Positions 34,456 through 44,425 of a stretch of 64,000 nucleotides of DNA are shown here, piece by piece (the first letter of the stretch is position 1; every line of letters begins with the position of its first letter). The translations under genes were made by a program, and so were the position numbers. Location: the sequence record KX397371.1. One strand, 5' to 3'. The notes beneath the pieces were generated by a model. That model was not told where the DNA came from. It did not search any database and saw nothing but the letters and a program-made list of their open reading frames with translations.

Positions 34456-36554
34456 TGGATGCTCGCCAAGTACACGTACGCGATCTCCGTAACCTGAACT
34501 CGGATCAGGTATGGCGACTACGCGGACGTTATGATGTAACGTTTGATGATGGTGTGACTCAACCGATGTCGGGTCGCCACATCAAACTCAGTTGGCCGTA
34601 CTGGGGCATCTCTCGATTCTATCCGCAAGTACCGACGCCTTCCACGATGTGTTATCGTCGTGGAGGTGAGTGGGCAACGGATGATCGTCACATCGACCTG
34701 ATGTCCGAAGCTGCTGTACTCGCCCGCAAAGCGGGCATTGATTTAGCCGATACCCGTTATCTGTTAAGTCAGCACATCTATGCTGATGCGTTCAACCTGA
34801 CAGTGAAGAACTTGCTGTCTTATTGTACGACCATCGACATCGATACCATGATGCAGATTTACGACCATCCTGATTATCAGATTATCCACGAGTGGGCAAA
34901 GCAATACCCAAGTGGTTATGATGAAGAAGGGGTCGATAAGGTTAACGAAGCGTACGAGATTATCGAGCGCATCATTCGTTCACCTGAGCTGTCAGACAAC
35001 CCGGTGGCAATGTCGGTACTCGACAAAACCATCAAGATGGATCAGGTACTCCAAGCCTACGTGCGTGGTAAAACCTCTGAAATCGATTCCCGTGTCTATT
35101 CGAATCAGGTATGGGAAGGGTTCTTCGGTGGTCTGAACTCGGTTATCAGCCGACTGAAAGAATCGGGTGCAACGTCACGTTCGCACCTGTACAACACCGA
35201 CAAGATTGCGGAAGCAGAATACGGCTCCCGTAAACTCCAGCTCGCTGCAAACGTGCTGACCCACTTCACCTTAGATGACTGTGGTACCGAGCACGCTCAC
35301 GAACATACGTTTCGTGACACCAAAGAAAGCCAGACTCAATACGACGCCATGGTCGGGATGCGTTTCCGCTTCAACGGTGAAACGGGGCCGTGGCGCGTGT
35401 TCGAGAAAGGCCGCTTCGAGGATGTGGTTGATAAGCCGCTCCTGTTCCGATCTGCCATGACCTGTCGCCATATGGCGAAACAGGGTATTTGTGCAGTCTG
35501 TATGGGCGACTTGGTGTACAACCTGTCGGAGAAAACCTCACCGGGCCACTTGGCATCCACCTCCATCTCGGAGAAGGGTACCCAAGGGATTCTCTCAACG
35601 AAGCACCTCGACTTCCTGCGTGAACTGTTTACGCTGGTTATCGGTGGGCGCATCAAAGGCTACTTCCGTGGCTATGAGAAAGGGTCAGAGAAAGGTCTGC
35701 GTTTACTCGACAAGCCGGAGTTCGGTACGTGGAGTGAATACTCACTGGTGGTATCTGAGAAGATGCACTCTGAGCTGAGTCAGGTGGCGTACTACGACAA
35801 CCTCGAAGACATTGATGAAACCTCTCTGCCAGATGTCACAGACGTTACGTTTGTGCGTTTGAATGCAGATGGCGAACCGTGTGGCGGGGAATCACTGGAT
35901 GTCCGTATGGGTGTCTGCGGGAACTTCTCGAAAGCGTTCTTGGCGTACTTCCTGAAAGTGCGTGACGAGATCCAGTTCATCCGCAAAGGTGAGATTCGTA
36001 TTCCAATGAGTGGCTGGAAGCCGAAAGCGCCGTTCCTCATTTATACTAACCGTTCTGAATCCATGGCAGAGTTCGTTGCCGGTCTTGAGACCAAGCTGCG
36101 TTCTGTTGCTGCGGACAAGAACGAAACACCGATGGACTTCACCACGGATGCCACGGTGAAAATGAGTAAAGATGGTAAAGTTAAGACGCTTACCTTGGTG
36201 GAGATGGGTGGGTCTACCGAACGTCAATGTACCTTTGCGATGTTCGATACCTTCCGCTACATTAACCGTAAGCTGAAAGGGATTCCGATGACACACATCG
36301 GCATCATGCTTGCCATTTCTCGTGTGGAAAGCCCCATCAATCCGTTCCCAGCGGTAGGGTTTGATAAGGAAACTGCCATTGATGGTATGGGTAAACGGTT
36401 CTTAGACCACAATACGCTGATTGCGATTCGTAGTGCTGCCCCGATGTTGTTCTTCCAAGGTCAGCAAGACAATCTCAACCGCGTAGGGTTCTATACCACA
36501 CGTAAGATTCCGGCGTCGTTGTATGACGGGTCATTCAAAACACGGTTGCATTAA
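34452..36554 (+). CDS. non-virion RNAP beta' C-terminal subunit (phiKZ gp74-like)
   Basis: DDCGT...CRH...GICAVCMGD Zn site; trigger-loop-like SEKGTQGILSTKH. Confidence 0.88.
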   Translation: MMDARQVHVRDLRNLNSDQVWRLRGRYDVTFDDGVTQPMSGRHIKLSWPYWGISRFYPQVPTPSTMCYRRGGEWATDDRHIDLMSEAAVLARKAGIDLADTRYLLSQHIYADAFNLTVKNLLSYCTTIDIDTMMQIYDHPDYQIIHEWAKQYPSGYDEEGVDKVNEAYEIIERIIRSPELSDNPVAMSVLDKTIKMDQVLQAYVRGKTSEIDSRVYSNQVWEGFFGGLNSVISRLKESGATSRSHLYNTDKIAEAEYGSRKLQLAANVLTHFTLDDCGTEHAHEHTFRDTKESQTQYDAMVGMRFRFNGETGPWRVFEKGRFEDVVDKPLLFRSAMTCRHMAKQGICAVCMGDLVYNLSEKTSPGHLASTSISEKGTQGILSTKHLDFLRELFTLVIGGRIKGYFRGYEKGSEKGLRLLDKPEFGTWSEYSLVVSEKMHSELSQVAYYDNLEDIDETSLPDVTDVTFVRLNADGEPCGGESLDVRMGVCGNFSKAFLAYFLKVRDEIQFIRKGEIRIPMSGWKPKAPFLIYTNRSESMAEFVAGLETKLRSVAADKNETPMDFTTDATVKMSKDGKVKTLTLVEMGGSTERQCTFAMFDTFRYINRKLKGIPMTHIGIMLAISRVESPINPFPAVGFDKETAIDGMGKRFLDHNTLIAIRSAAPMLFFQGQQDNLNRVGFYTTRKIPASLYDGSFKTRLH

Positions 36555-36557
36555 TAC

Positions 36558-36583
36558 AGAGGGGCAGATGCCCCTCTTTTTTT
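36558..36583 (+). terminator. Rho-independent terminator
   Basis: AGAGGGGCA-GA-TGCCCCTCT followed by a T run. Confidence 0.7.
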
Positions 36584-36595
36584 GTAGAGGGGTAT

Positions 36596-38302
36596 ATGCA
36601 GCAGATTAACATCACGCACACCACCATGGGGGTGCGAATTGAAGTTCCTATCCGACCCGTTGAGATTGCTATCAAGACATGGGCGGAACGGAATCTGCAC
36701 GCCCCGAAAATGGGAAAAGAGCGCGGCAAGATTACCGTGGAACAAGGAGATGGCTACTACGCCCACATGGAAGGCGCACGTAGCTTTATCTTTCACAAAG
36801 CCCACCTTGAGGAAATACTCTCCATTATCAAGAACGCTATCATTGAATACCGTCTTGAGGTGGAGGTTAAGCACCACAAGGTCGAGCGGGCGGAGCCTTA
36901 CCGTTGCACATTTGAAAACTTCGGTACGCCGATGGTAGTGGACGATCCTGAATCACGCTTCTATTACCAGAACGATGTGGTAGAGAAAGCGCTTGATCCG
37001 AACCGTCTCCAGACCATCTTTGCCATCGATACTGGCCGTGGGAAAACGAAGTCGTTGCAAAAGGTGATGGTGCGTAAGCAAGTGCGTACTGCCCTCATCA
37101 TGCGTCCGACGTACGTGGACAAATGGCTGTTCGATATCTGCGAAGACCCGACTGGGTTGCAGATTGACAAAGACAAAGTTCTGGTCTGTCGTGGCGTCCA
37201 AGGGATTATTGAAGCCTACGAGATGGGTATCAGTGGGGAGTTAGACCGTCGGGATATCCGGGCGATTATCTTCCCAACCGTTTCGCTGCAATTGTTCCTG
37301 AAAGAGTACATCAACACCGGCCACTCAATGGGGATTGACATTGAGCGGTTCTACGATGTGATGGGTGTGGGTCTGATCGGAATGGATGAGGTGCATGAGC
37401 ATTTCTATTTGGTGTATCTGGCTGGGATTATCCTGAACCCATGTGCATCGATTGAAATGTCAGCCACCTTAGAACCGGGTGCCGCGAAGACGTTTATCAT
37501 CGCGCGCTATCTGGAACGTTTCCCAGTCGACTTACGGCTGTCCGTTGAACGTATTAAGGTTGTTGATATCCGCGCGTTCTACTACACGCTGGATGATAAG
37601 AAGTTGGCGTGGTGGGCGACAAAGATGTCCCCGTACAACCACAAGTTGTTTGAAGGTAAGTTGATTCGCGAAGGCTTCCACGTTTCGTATTGTGAGATGT
37701 GGTGGAATCTGATCGAGAAGGTGTATCTGTCCAATTACCAACCGGGACAGAAAATCATCATCTTGTTCTCAACCGTTGACATGTGTGAGTTCTTTACCCA
37801 GTTCCTGCATCAGAAGCTGGCGGGGAACGAACAGTTCAGCGAGTTGATGGTGGCGAAGTATAACGGTGGCGATTCGTATGATGACTTCATCATGGCGGAG
37901 TTTGGTGTCTCTACGCCGAACAAAGCCGGTACCGCGATAGACAAACCGGGTATGGTCCACATGATTGTGACAGTGCCAGTTGATGACCAACAGCTGAACT
38001 TACAGATTGCCGGACGTCCACGTCCTGTGCGTGAGGTGTTCGGTTGGGACATGAACCCAATTGTGTGGTTCGGGCATTGCATGAACATTGCTAAACACGG
38101 TACGTACCTGAACTCACGTATGCGTTCGCTGCGCGACACGGTATTGTCATTCAAGGTTGCGACTTCCCCTTATGTTGTAAGGAAAACGTATGATAACGCC
38201 CCCACTTCCAGCCGCCCCAACAGCCCCTTACGCCGGATTGACGTTGGCAGACTTTCTCGTAAAGGTTCTAAGGGCCTATCCCGGCGCAGAAAGCGCCGCT
38301 AA
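36596..38302 (+). CDS. SF2 DExH helicase
   Basis: Walker A DTGRGKT, DEVH, MSAT and QIAGRPR motifs. Confidence 0.92.
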   Translation: MQQINITHTTMGVRIEVPIRPVEIAIKTWAERNLHAPKMGKERGKITVEQGDGYYAHMEGARSFIFHKAHLEEILSIIKNAIIEYRLEVEVKHHKVERAEPYRCTFENFGTPMVVDDPESRFYYQNDVVEKALDPNRLQTIFAIDTGRGKTKSLQKVMVRKQVRTALIMRPTYVDKWLFDICEDPTGLQIDKDKVLVCRGVQGIIEAYEMGISGELDRRDIRAIIFPTVSLQLFLKEYINTGHSMGIDIERFYDVMGVGLIGMDEVHEHFYLVYLAGIILNPCASIEMSATLEPGAAKTFIIARYLERFPVDLRLSVERIKVVDIRAFYYTLDDKKLAWWATKMSPYNHKLFEGKLIREGFHVSYCEMWWNLIEKVYLSNYQPGQKIIILFSTVDMCEFFTQFLHQKLAGNEQFSELMVAKYNGGDSYDDFIMAEFGVSTPNKAGTAIDKPGMVHMIVTVPVDDQQLNLQIAGRPRPVREVFGWDMNPIVWFGHCMNIAKHGTYLNSRMRSLRDTVLSFKVATSPYVVRKTYDNAPTSSRPNSPLRRIDVGRLSRKGSKGLSRRRKRR

Positions 38303-38381
38303 GGCATTGTGTCAGGACCCGGTGATTAACCGGGCCTTTCACTATTACACGATTACGGAACACTTCACATCCTGCTTTATC

Positions 38382-38570
38382 ATGCAGCGTGGGTTAACGT
38401 ATTTCGTCACTCGTACGTCCAGTATTCGTGGTACTGCGGCGTACGAACTTTATTCTTACGAACTGTGGAACAACAATCCCGCAGGGAATACCGATGAAAA
38501 CCCGAAGGTGGCCTACCGCCTCTTCTCGGACAAATGGCATGATTGGGTGACTGTACCACATAACGGTTAA
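38382..38570 (+). CDS. possible small protein (62 aa)
   Basis: 3' part of ORF-track 38190..38570; fills the intergenic gap; weak SD. Confidence 0.4.
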   Translation: MQRGLTYFVTRTSSIRGTAAYELYSYELWNNNPAGNTDENPKVAYRLFSDKWHDWVTVPHNG

Positions 38571-38624
38571 TTACACGGTTAGTGTATATTGTGTAGAGTC
38601 ACTTTCATTAATAAGGAATATCCG

Positions 38625-39236
38625 ATGTCTCGTCGTAAAAAGCAGCCTGGTTTTAGCCCGCGTGAAGCAGCACGCGAACGTGTCCGTAGCATCATGCGTG
38701 GCATGAACACGACTGAGAATGTTTTCCTCGGTCATTCGAAAACGCACGCCGAGAAAATCGACCGTGAGTTTGAACGTATCAACTCGCTGATGGGCGAAGA
38801 CCTGAAAGCGTATTTGACGGAGTGGTTAAAGCACTCACAGGCTGCCTTCTTGGGTGCCATGCACGACTTCAAAACGCGCCTGTTTGCGGTGCGTACTGAT
38901 GCCGATGCAAAGGCAACCAAACTGATGGCGGTCATCGACGGCCACAAGTGGGACGAAATCAAAGATGTCGTGATTGTGGCTGAGCTGGAACTGGCGGACT
39001 TTGACATTCAGGTGGACAACGTGGCACAGGAAACCCTGCTGTCTATCGTTGAAGCCGGTGCGGCGTATGAACAGCGTCGTGAATGTGTCCGCGTGGGCCT
39101 GAACAACAACTGGACCCATGAAGCAATCCTGACCAAGCTGCGCGAGCTGGATGCCCAAGCTGCCGCCGAAGCACTGGCAGCGGCAGAAGCAACAGCTGAA
39201 TCTGTAGTAGAGCAAGAGGAACCTGCGAATGTCTAA
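38625..39236 (+). CDS. hypothetical helical protein
   Basis: AAGGA SD before ATG 38625; AATTAC-N15-TGTG promoter-like site at 38569-38593. Confidence 0.8.
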   Translation: MSRRKKQPGFSPREAARERVRSIMRGMNTTENVFLGHSKTHAEKIDREFERINSLMGEDLKAYLTEWLKHSQAAFLGAMHDFKTRLFAVRTDADAKATKLMAVIDGHKWDEIKDVVIVAELELADFDIQVDNVAQETLLSIVEAGAAYEQRRECVRVGLNNNWTHEAILTKLRELDAQAAAEALAAAEATAESVVEQEEPANV

Positions 39237-41253
39237 CGATCCGCGTCCGTCGTTCGGTGCTGCCGAACCGGAAACGGCTGAGGTGCGACTTCCTCCGCGT
39301 GACACCCTTGTGGGTAAGTCCGCGGAAGAGGTGGCCTTCGAGCTGGTAAAACTCAATCCCACTTTTTCTTTTGCCGAAGCAACTGAACGCGCGAAAAGTC
39401 TGGTGATGTTAAATGCCCCGGTAGAAGATACCCCACCCCCTGTGGTGGATGTACTCGATCAACCGATGATTCGTGAAGCGTCACCAGAAAACCTGGCGGC
39501 CCTGCAAAGCACTGAGAACCAACTGGAGCAGCCGGTCAAACTTGACCTGTCTCAGTCACAATCTCAGCCTGAACCAGCGCCTGCGGTGCAACCGCGTGCG
39601 GAACCCATCGCAAGCATTCCTGCTGCAAGTGCGGAGAATTTCCCTAAGCCTCAGCATGTTCCGGTTAAAGCGGAAGTGATTCCTGCCCCAGCGCTCGATG
39701 CCGAAGATACTCCGGCTGACCGCGATGAGCAGACGCCGAACCTCTCAAAAGAGAAACGTCGTCAGATTGATTTCGGGCCAGAACCGCACCGTGCTGAAAT
39801 TGCCAGCATGGACCCGGAAGACCCACATCGTGTGCTGACTCAAAGTGATGAGCTGGTCGGTACTACATTGCCGCTGGCAGGTGAGCAGGAAGTCATGCAG
39901 TTCTTCGCCAGCATCCCACGTAATCGTGAAGGGCGTCCGATGTTCCGTTCAGCCGCCGAAGAGGAGCGTTATCAGAAGCTCTTTACGGCGCTGGAACTGA
40001 CCCCGCCTATCATGATTAACAACCGCGCTGCGTTTGACATGGCGTTGGAGCGTGAAGATACGTCGTGGCAACAGACCATCCAACTGTCGAACGGTAAGTA
40101 TGTCTCTGCGGTCACCGACCGTGGTGCAAATGCCCAAGGTGCGATGGCTGCCCTGCGTCGTCGTCGTGGTTCCGGTTCTCCGGTCTCAGTGTGGTTGCCT
40201 GCAACCGGTATCTTTGTCGGTTTCCGTGCCCCGCATGAAAACGACATGTGTGACTTCGACATTCGTATCACGTCAGAACAGTCGAAAATCGGGATGTTCA
40301 CTTACGGTCTGCTGTTGGCCTCGTCTTCGGGCGTGTATCTCCAGCACATGATCGAACACTCGCTGAACTTTGCGGTGGACACCACGTACGACTGTCAGGG
40401 TCTGGACATTAAGACCGCCCTGATGGACATCGTGGATGTGGACGACTACTGGCTGCTGGTCATTGGCCCATTGATGGCGAAGTTCCCAGCGGGTATTCCG
40501 TGGAAGCTGCTGTGCCCTAACCACGAATGTGGTCATGAGCGTGAAGTGCGTCTGAATCTGGCCCGCTGTATCCGTATGGCAGATGGCCTGTTCTCTGACC
40601 TACACCGTTCGCTCTGGCTGCGCCAGCGTGGTAAAGGCCCGGATGCAATTATCGGCAACGCCGAGTATCTGGAATACCGCAAAGAGCTGCCGAAGTCCAA
40701 AGCCGCCCGTTTCCATTACGAGCAGCTGGGTATCACGGTAGAGTTCGGTCGTTCGACCATCGGTCAGTTCATTGACAACACCAATGCGTGGGTAGAGAAG
40801 ATTAACAGCTCTGCCACCAACGCACTGGCGAACCATGCAACTGAAACCGAGCGCTCGCAATACATCCGTCTGGCTGCTGAGAACCGCCGCCTGACCCGTT
40901 ATGCGACGCACGTTAAAGCCATCATCGTTGAAGAGACGGTGAAAGGTGAACCGGTTGAGACCCGCGAAGAAGATCCAGACCGTATTTTCGAAATGTTAGA
41001 AGAACTCTCTTCTGACCGCATGTACGTGCTGGCATTTGAAAACGCGCTGTCCACTTACAACGAAGAATCGCGCATGGCCGTGTTTGGTTACATGGGTCAC
41101 GCGTGTCCGAGCTGTAAGACCGGAGAGGGTGAAGAAGACGGTCCGTTCCGTGGTATTGTTACCATTAGCCCGGACAAGGTTTTTTTCGCGCTATCTCGTG
41201 TGGTGTTCGAGATACAGAGAGTCTACTTACAACAATTCGAAAATATTGGATAG
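39229..41253 (+). CDS. conserved protein with Zn-ribbon pairs (phiKZ gp77-like; possible tail/baseplate assembly chaperone)
   Basis: CPNHEC and CPSC; Pro/Ala/Glu-rich N-terminus; slippery site near the 3' end. Confidence 0.75.
   Translation: MSNDPRPSFGAAEPETAEVRLPPRDTLVGKSAEEVAFELVKLNPTFSFAEATERAKSLVMLNAPVEDTPPPVVDVLDQPMIREASPENLAALQSTENQLEQPVKLDLSQSQSQPEPAPAVQPRAEPIASIPAASAENFPKPQHVPVKAEVIPAPALDAEDTPADRDEQTPNLSKEKRRQIDFGPEPHRAEIASMDPEDPHRVLTQSDELVGTTLPLAGEQEVMQFFASIPRNREGRPMFRSAAEEERYQKLFTALELTPPIMINNRAAFDMALEREDTSWQQTIQLSNGKYVSAVTDRGANAQGAMAALRRRRGSGSPVSVWLPATGIFVGFRAPHENDMCDFDIRITSEQSKIGMFTYGLLLASSSGVYLQHMIEHSLNFAVDTTYDCQGLDIKTALMDIVDVDDYWLLVIGPLMAKFPAGIPWKLLCPNHECGHEREVRLNLARCIRMADGLFSDLHRSLWLRQRGKGPDAIIGNAEYLEYRKELPKSKAARFHYEQLGITVEFGRSTIGQFIDNTNAWVEKINSSATNALANHATETERSQYIRLAAENRRLTRYATHVKAIIVEETVKGEPVETREEDPDRIFEMLEELSSDRMYVLAFENALSTYNEESRMAVFGYMGHACPSCKTGEGEEDGPFRGIVTISPDKVFFALSRVVFEIQRVYLQQFENIG
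41181..41214 (+). promoter_or_regulatory. putative -1 programmed ribosomal frameshift signal
   Basis: In-frame T TTT TTC heptamer (41181-41187), 4-nt spacer, 7-bp hairpin TATCTCG/CGAGATA; the -1 frame is open from 41169 into ORF 41292..41660. Confidence 0.75.
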
Positions 41254-41291
41254 ACGCCGACGACGTTCCAGCCGAAGCTATTATCACTGCC

Positions 41292-41660
41292 ATGAAGCTG
41301 GACACCACCTCGCTGTTCAAACGGCGAGACAGTCGACCTATCACGTATCAAGAAGCGCATGACGAGCTACTCTCCACGTACGACGGGATACTCGGGTTAG
41401 AGACCGGTGAGAACAACATCAGTGTCTCTGACTTCGAGAACCCTATCAACCAGAGCTTGTATGAAATCTGGGCGACCACGTACGTGCGTGAAGGTATCAA
41501 GGAGCTGTTTGGTTACGACCTTGATACCTGGCTTGATAGGCCGCGTTGGAAGTTGATGAAGCATCTGGAAATCGCAAAACGTCGTCGCGCAGAGCTAGAC
41601 AATGCTAAGAAAGGCGCAATCCCGCCAGAACTTGAGAAAGAACTGAAAGGGCGCATCTAA
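41292..41660 (+). CDS. conserved small protein, probably the C-terminal extension of a frameshift fusion
   Basis: No SD before ATG 41292; frame open upstream to the slippery site. Confidence 0.75.
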   Translation: MKLDTTSLFKRRDSRPITYQEAHDELLSTYDGILGLETGENNISVSDFENPINQSLYEIWATTYVREGIKELFGYDLDTWLDRPRWKLMKHLEIAKRRRAELDNAKKGAIPPELEKELKGRI

Positions 41661-41688
41661 GGGAGCTTCGGCTCCCTTATATTTTTTT
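41661..41688 (+). terminator. Rho-independent terminator
   Basis: GGGAGC-TTCG-GCTCCC followed by a T run; identical hairpin at 61510. Confidence 0.85.
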
Positions 41689-41719
41689 GTTGTTATGAGA
41701 CCCATTTTAGGAAACCGTC

Positions 41720-42574
41720 ATGACTGACTTATACGAAGACTATGCCGACACACTCGGTCTGGTGAGACAAGAAGGCCGTCTGGCCCCGGTGTTAGACTTA
41801 GTGTCGTTAGCTATCGAGTATGGTTACGATACGACGCTGATGGACATTTATACCGGTCAAATCCCGGACATGAACGAAGAGTGTCTGCGGCTGGAAGCGC
41901 TGATTAACCGTTGTGCCTGTGCATTGGCGCAGCGTCTGGGTGTGGGCTTGAACCCACAGGTGGCTTACCGTAAACCAAAAGAAGTCGTGCGCATCCTTCA
42001 CGGCCTGACGTCTGCCTTCGAAGAGTTCGAAGACACCGATACCCTGTACGGGATTCTGTTGTCGGGTGAACCACCTGCGTACATTCTGGAAAACATGGTG
42101 CGTTATGTGTACGGGGATAATGACATCCACTTCGAAGACCTTATTGTCGTGGTGGAGCCGCGTGTCATGAACGTGATGCGCAACTTCCTTGCAGCTACGT
42201 CTGCTGAACAGCAAGCCGAAGGTACCGATAACCCGCGCGCCCAACGTGTGGTGCAATACCTGCGTGTGTACCCGCAGAACCCGTCGGCTTACGTGTTCCT
42301 GAACCTGAGCGACACCTCTGACATTAATAGCGTCATCAGTGCGCTGGATTTCAGTGAAGAGGGTGGTGTCGGGGAAAGTGAACTGCTCACCATATACGCG
42401 GTAGGACTATCCATCATTGAGAACAATACCTTTGATGAAGCCTACGCAGCGCTGGAAGGGATGCTCGAGCTGATTAACAGCGATGAAGCCCCAGAAGACC
42501 CTATCCTGCGAGATGGCTTAGCAGGCTTGAAATCAATTTACGGGGAAGAGGAGCAAACTGATGAACCGGATTGA
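41720..42574 (+). CDS. conserved putative virion protein (phiKZ gp79-like)
   Basis: 284 aa; late TATG at ~41694; synteny. Confidence 0.65.
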   Translation: MTDLYEDYADTLGLVRQEGRLAPVLDLVSLAIEYGYDTTLMDIYTGQIPDMNEECLRLEALINRCACALAQRLGVGLNPQVAYRKPKEVVRILHGLTSAFEEFEDTDTLYGILLSGEPPAYILENMVRYVYGDNDIHFEDLIVVVEPRVMNVMRNFLAATSAEQQAEGTDNPRAQRVVQYLRVYPQNPSAYVFLNLSDTSDINSVISALDFSEEGGVGESELLTIYAVGLSIIENNTFDEAYAALEGMLELINSDEAPEDPILRDGLAGLKSIYGEEEQTDEPD

Positions 42575-43859
42575 GTATTTGATTGCTGCGTGTAATGCCG
42601 AGGCGTGGCGACGACTCGTCTGGCGTATTGGTTTGTTCAACGTCTGTATCTTTCCCGAAGCGCATGAGCGACCGGAACAATATGACCTGAACTTCATTGA
42701 AGGGATGGCGCATTACTGGGACGAGGTGAATGGCCACTGGGAGTGGGTGCCGATTAAGGACGCTGTAAAGGACGCTGAGCTGTTTGTGCCTGAAATGCGA
42801 TTCCAGCTACCGGTTGGTGGTTATCCGGGCTTAGAGAGCGCGGTAGAGACGTCTGTGGGGCGTTACGTCCTGAACTGGATCGTCATCTATTATGCTTTTG
42901 AGAAACGGATGCCGTATCTGGAAACTGGCCACCCGATGGACATCCGTAAAGAGATGTACAGTCGTTGTGTGGACTACGAGGAAGATGACCCGGAGAACGT
43001 GGGTGCTATCCGTCCGAGTATGGTTGACCGGTTCGTTAACGGTCTGGCCGAACTGGCCCCACTGGCCAAAGCGATTGCCCCGACCGGTACACTGCGTTCA
43101 TGGACGGTTCACCCCGACACGTACAAAATCCGTGATGCCCTGCTTGAGAAACACAAAGACGAACTGGATAACCCGGCCGTCATCGTGAAGATTGAACAGG
43201 CGCTGGATGAACTCGATAAAGAGTGGCTGTCCGGTGACCAGTCTGTGCAGTATTACGCCTCGAAGAAATCCCGCATGCGTCGTCGTAAGCTGATGCTGAT
43301 GTACGGGATTGAATCCGCCTTCCAGGAAGGTGCGGACTTTACCCTGATACCGAATGCGCTGGTTGAGGTGGATAAAGAAGGGCTCAAGAATTTGGTCGCG
43401 AAGTATAACTCGATTCGTGACGGGTCCTTCTCCCGTGGTGCAGAAACTGCGAAAGGGGGCGAGCAGGTACGTATCATCCAGATGATTTTCCAGAACCACA
43501 AAATCGTGGAAGGTGATTGCGGCACGAAGCTCGTCCATCAGGTCTTTATCACCGAACTCAATGTGAAGCGTTATCTTGGCATGAACGCCATGGTCAATGG
43601 CAAGCTGACACCGATTACCGACAGCTTCCTGAAAGCCAATCTGGGCAAAATCATTAACCTGCGACGCCCCATCCTATGTCAGATGGGTCACGTTGACTGC
43701 TGCGCGGCTTGTGCCTCGAATGAGAAAGCCAAAGAACCGCGTGCGATTGCCGCCGATATCTCTACCGCGTTCTCGAACGTCATGGGGGTGGCAATGGCAA
43801 AAATGCACGGTTCTGATACTGTAGTCGTCGAGTTCAAACCCAAACTTCACATCACTTAA
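42561..43859 (+). CDS. virion RNA polymerase beta' middle subunit (phiKZ gp80-like)
   Basis: GDCGT...RRPILC...CCAAC Zn site and AMAKMH trigger-loop-like motif; second beta' fragment in the window. Confidence 0.85.
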   Translation: MNRIEYLIAACNAEAWRRLVWRIGLFNVCIFPEAHERPEQYDLNFIEGMAHYWDEVNGHWEWVPIKDAVKDAELFVPEMRFQLPVGGYPGLESAVETSVGRYVLNWIVIYYAFEKRMPYLETGHPMDIRKEMYSRCVDYEEDDPENVGAIRPSMVDRFVNGLAELAPLAKAIAPTGTLRSWTVHPDTYKIRDALLEKHKDELDNPAVIVKIEQALDELDKEWLSGDQSVQYYASKKSRMRRRKLMLMYGIESAFQEGADFTLIPNALVEVDKEGLKNLVAKYNSIRDGSFSRGAETAKGGEQVRIIQMIFQNHKIVEGDCGTKLVHQVFITELNVKRYLGMNAMVNGKLTPITDSFLKANLGKIINLRRPILCQMGHVDCCAACASNEKAKEPRAIAADISTAFSNVMGVAMAKMHGSDTVVVEFKPKLHIT

Positions 43860-43870
43860 AAGGATATATC

Positions 43871-44380
43871 ATGTCTCAGCCAGTTAAAGACACGAGCACC
43901 CAAAATGCTGCGCGTCCTGAAACCCTTTCCGTCACCGGTCCAACGTACGGCAACGATGAACAGAGTCAGGTTAAACTGATTGCCGATATGCTGGACACTG
44001 CTGGTAACACCGTTGGCCGTAACAAGTCACCGAATGCACAGAAGAAAGCAGAAGCGTACGGTCAGCTGCACAATGCGTTCCGTAACCTGTTCAAACTGCG
44101 TGGTCAAGCGTTCCTCGATGGCTTCGCATGTTTCGTAACCGCCGTGAACAAATACCCGGACGGGATTTTCTATCTGCCACTGGTTAACGAAAACCTGTCA
44201 GACTTCAGCAATCAGGCTGAGCGTGAAGTGTTCATGATCTTCATCAACAACACCGTGCGCTTCGCGCGTTCTGCGAACAAAGCGAGCTTCGGCCAGCTTA
44301 GCAACATCGATCGACTGACCTCGCGGATGTCTGACCCAGAACTGCGCAGCCTGCTGCGTGCTGCGTTCCTCGTCGAATAA
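43871..44380 (+). CDS. hypothetical protein
   Basis: AAGGA SD; 169 aa. Confidence 0.8.
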   Translation: MSQPVKDTSTQNAARPETLSVTGPTYGNDEQSQVKLIADMLDTAGNTVGRNKSPNAQKKAEAYGQLHNAFRNLFKLRGQAFLDGFACFVTAVNKYPDGIFYLPLVNENLSDFSNQAEREVFMIFINNTVRFARSANKASFGQLSNIDRLTSRMSDPELRSLLRAAFLVE

Positions 44381-44425
44381 AAAAATAAAGCTACCTACTC
44401 CATCAGGAGTAGGTAGTCTTTTTTA
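44381..44425. terminator. bidirectional terminator
   Basis: CTACCTACTCC-ATCA-GGAGTAGGTAG with A and T tracts between convergent genes. Confidence 0.85.

Noticed and set aside
14279-38302. Inteins in the polymerase, RNAP or helicase
   Set aside because: Protein sizes are ordinary, and no C...HN/C-S-T junctions or LAGLIDADG motifs were seen
41036-41362. 108-aa ORF in the third frame across the frameshift region
   Set aside because: Arg-rich shadow ORF; the -1 frame, not this one, joins the downstream gene
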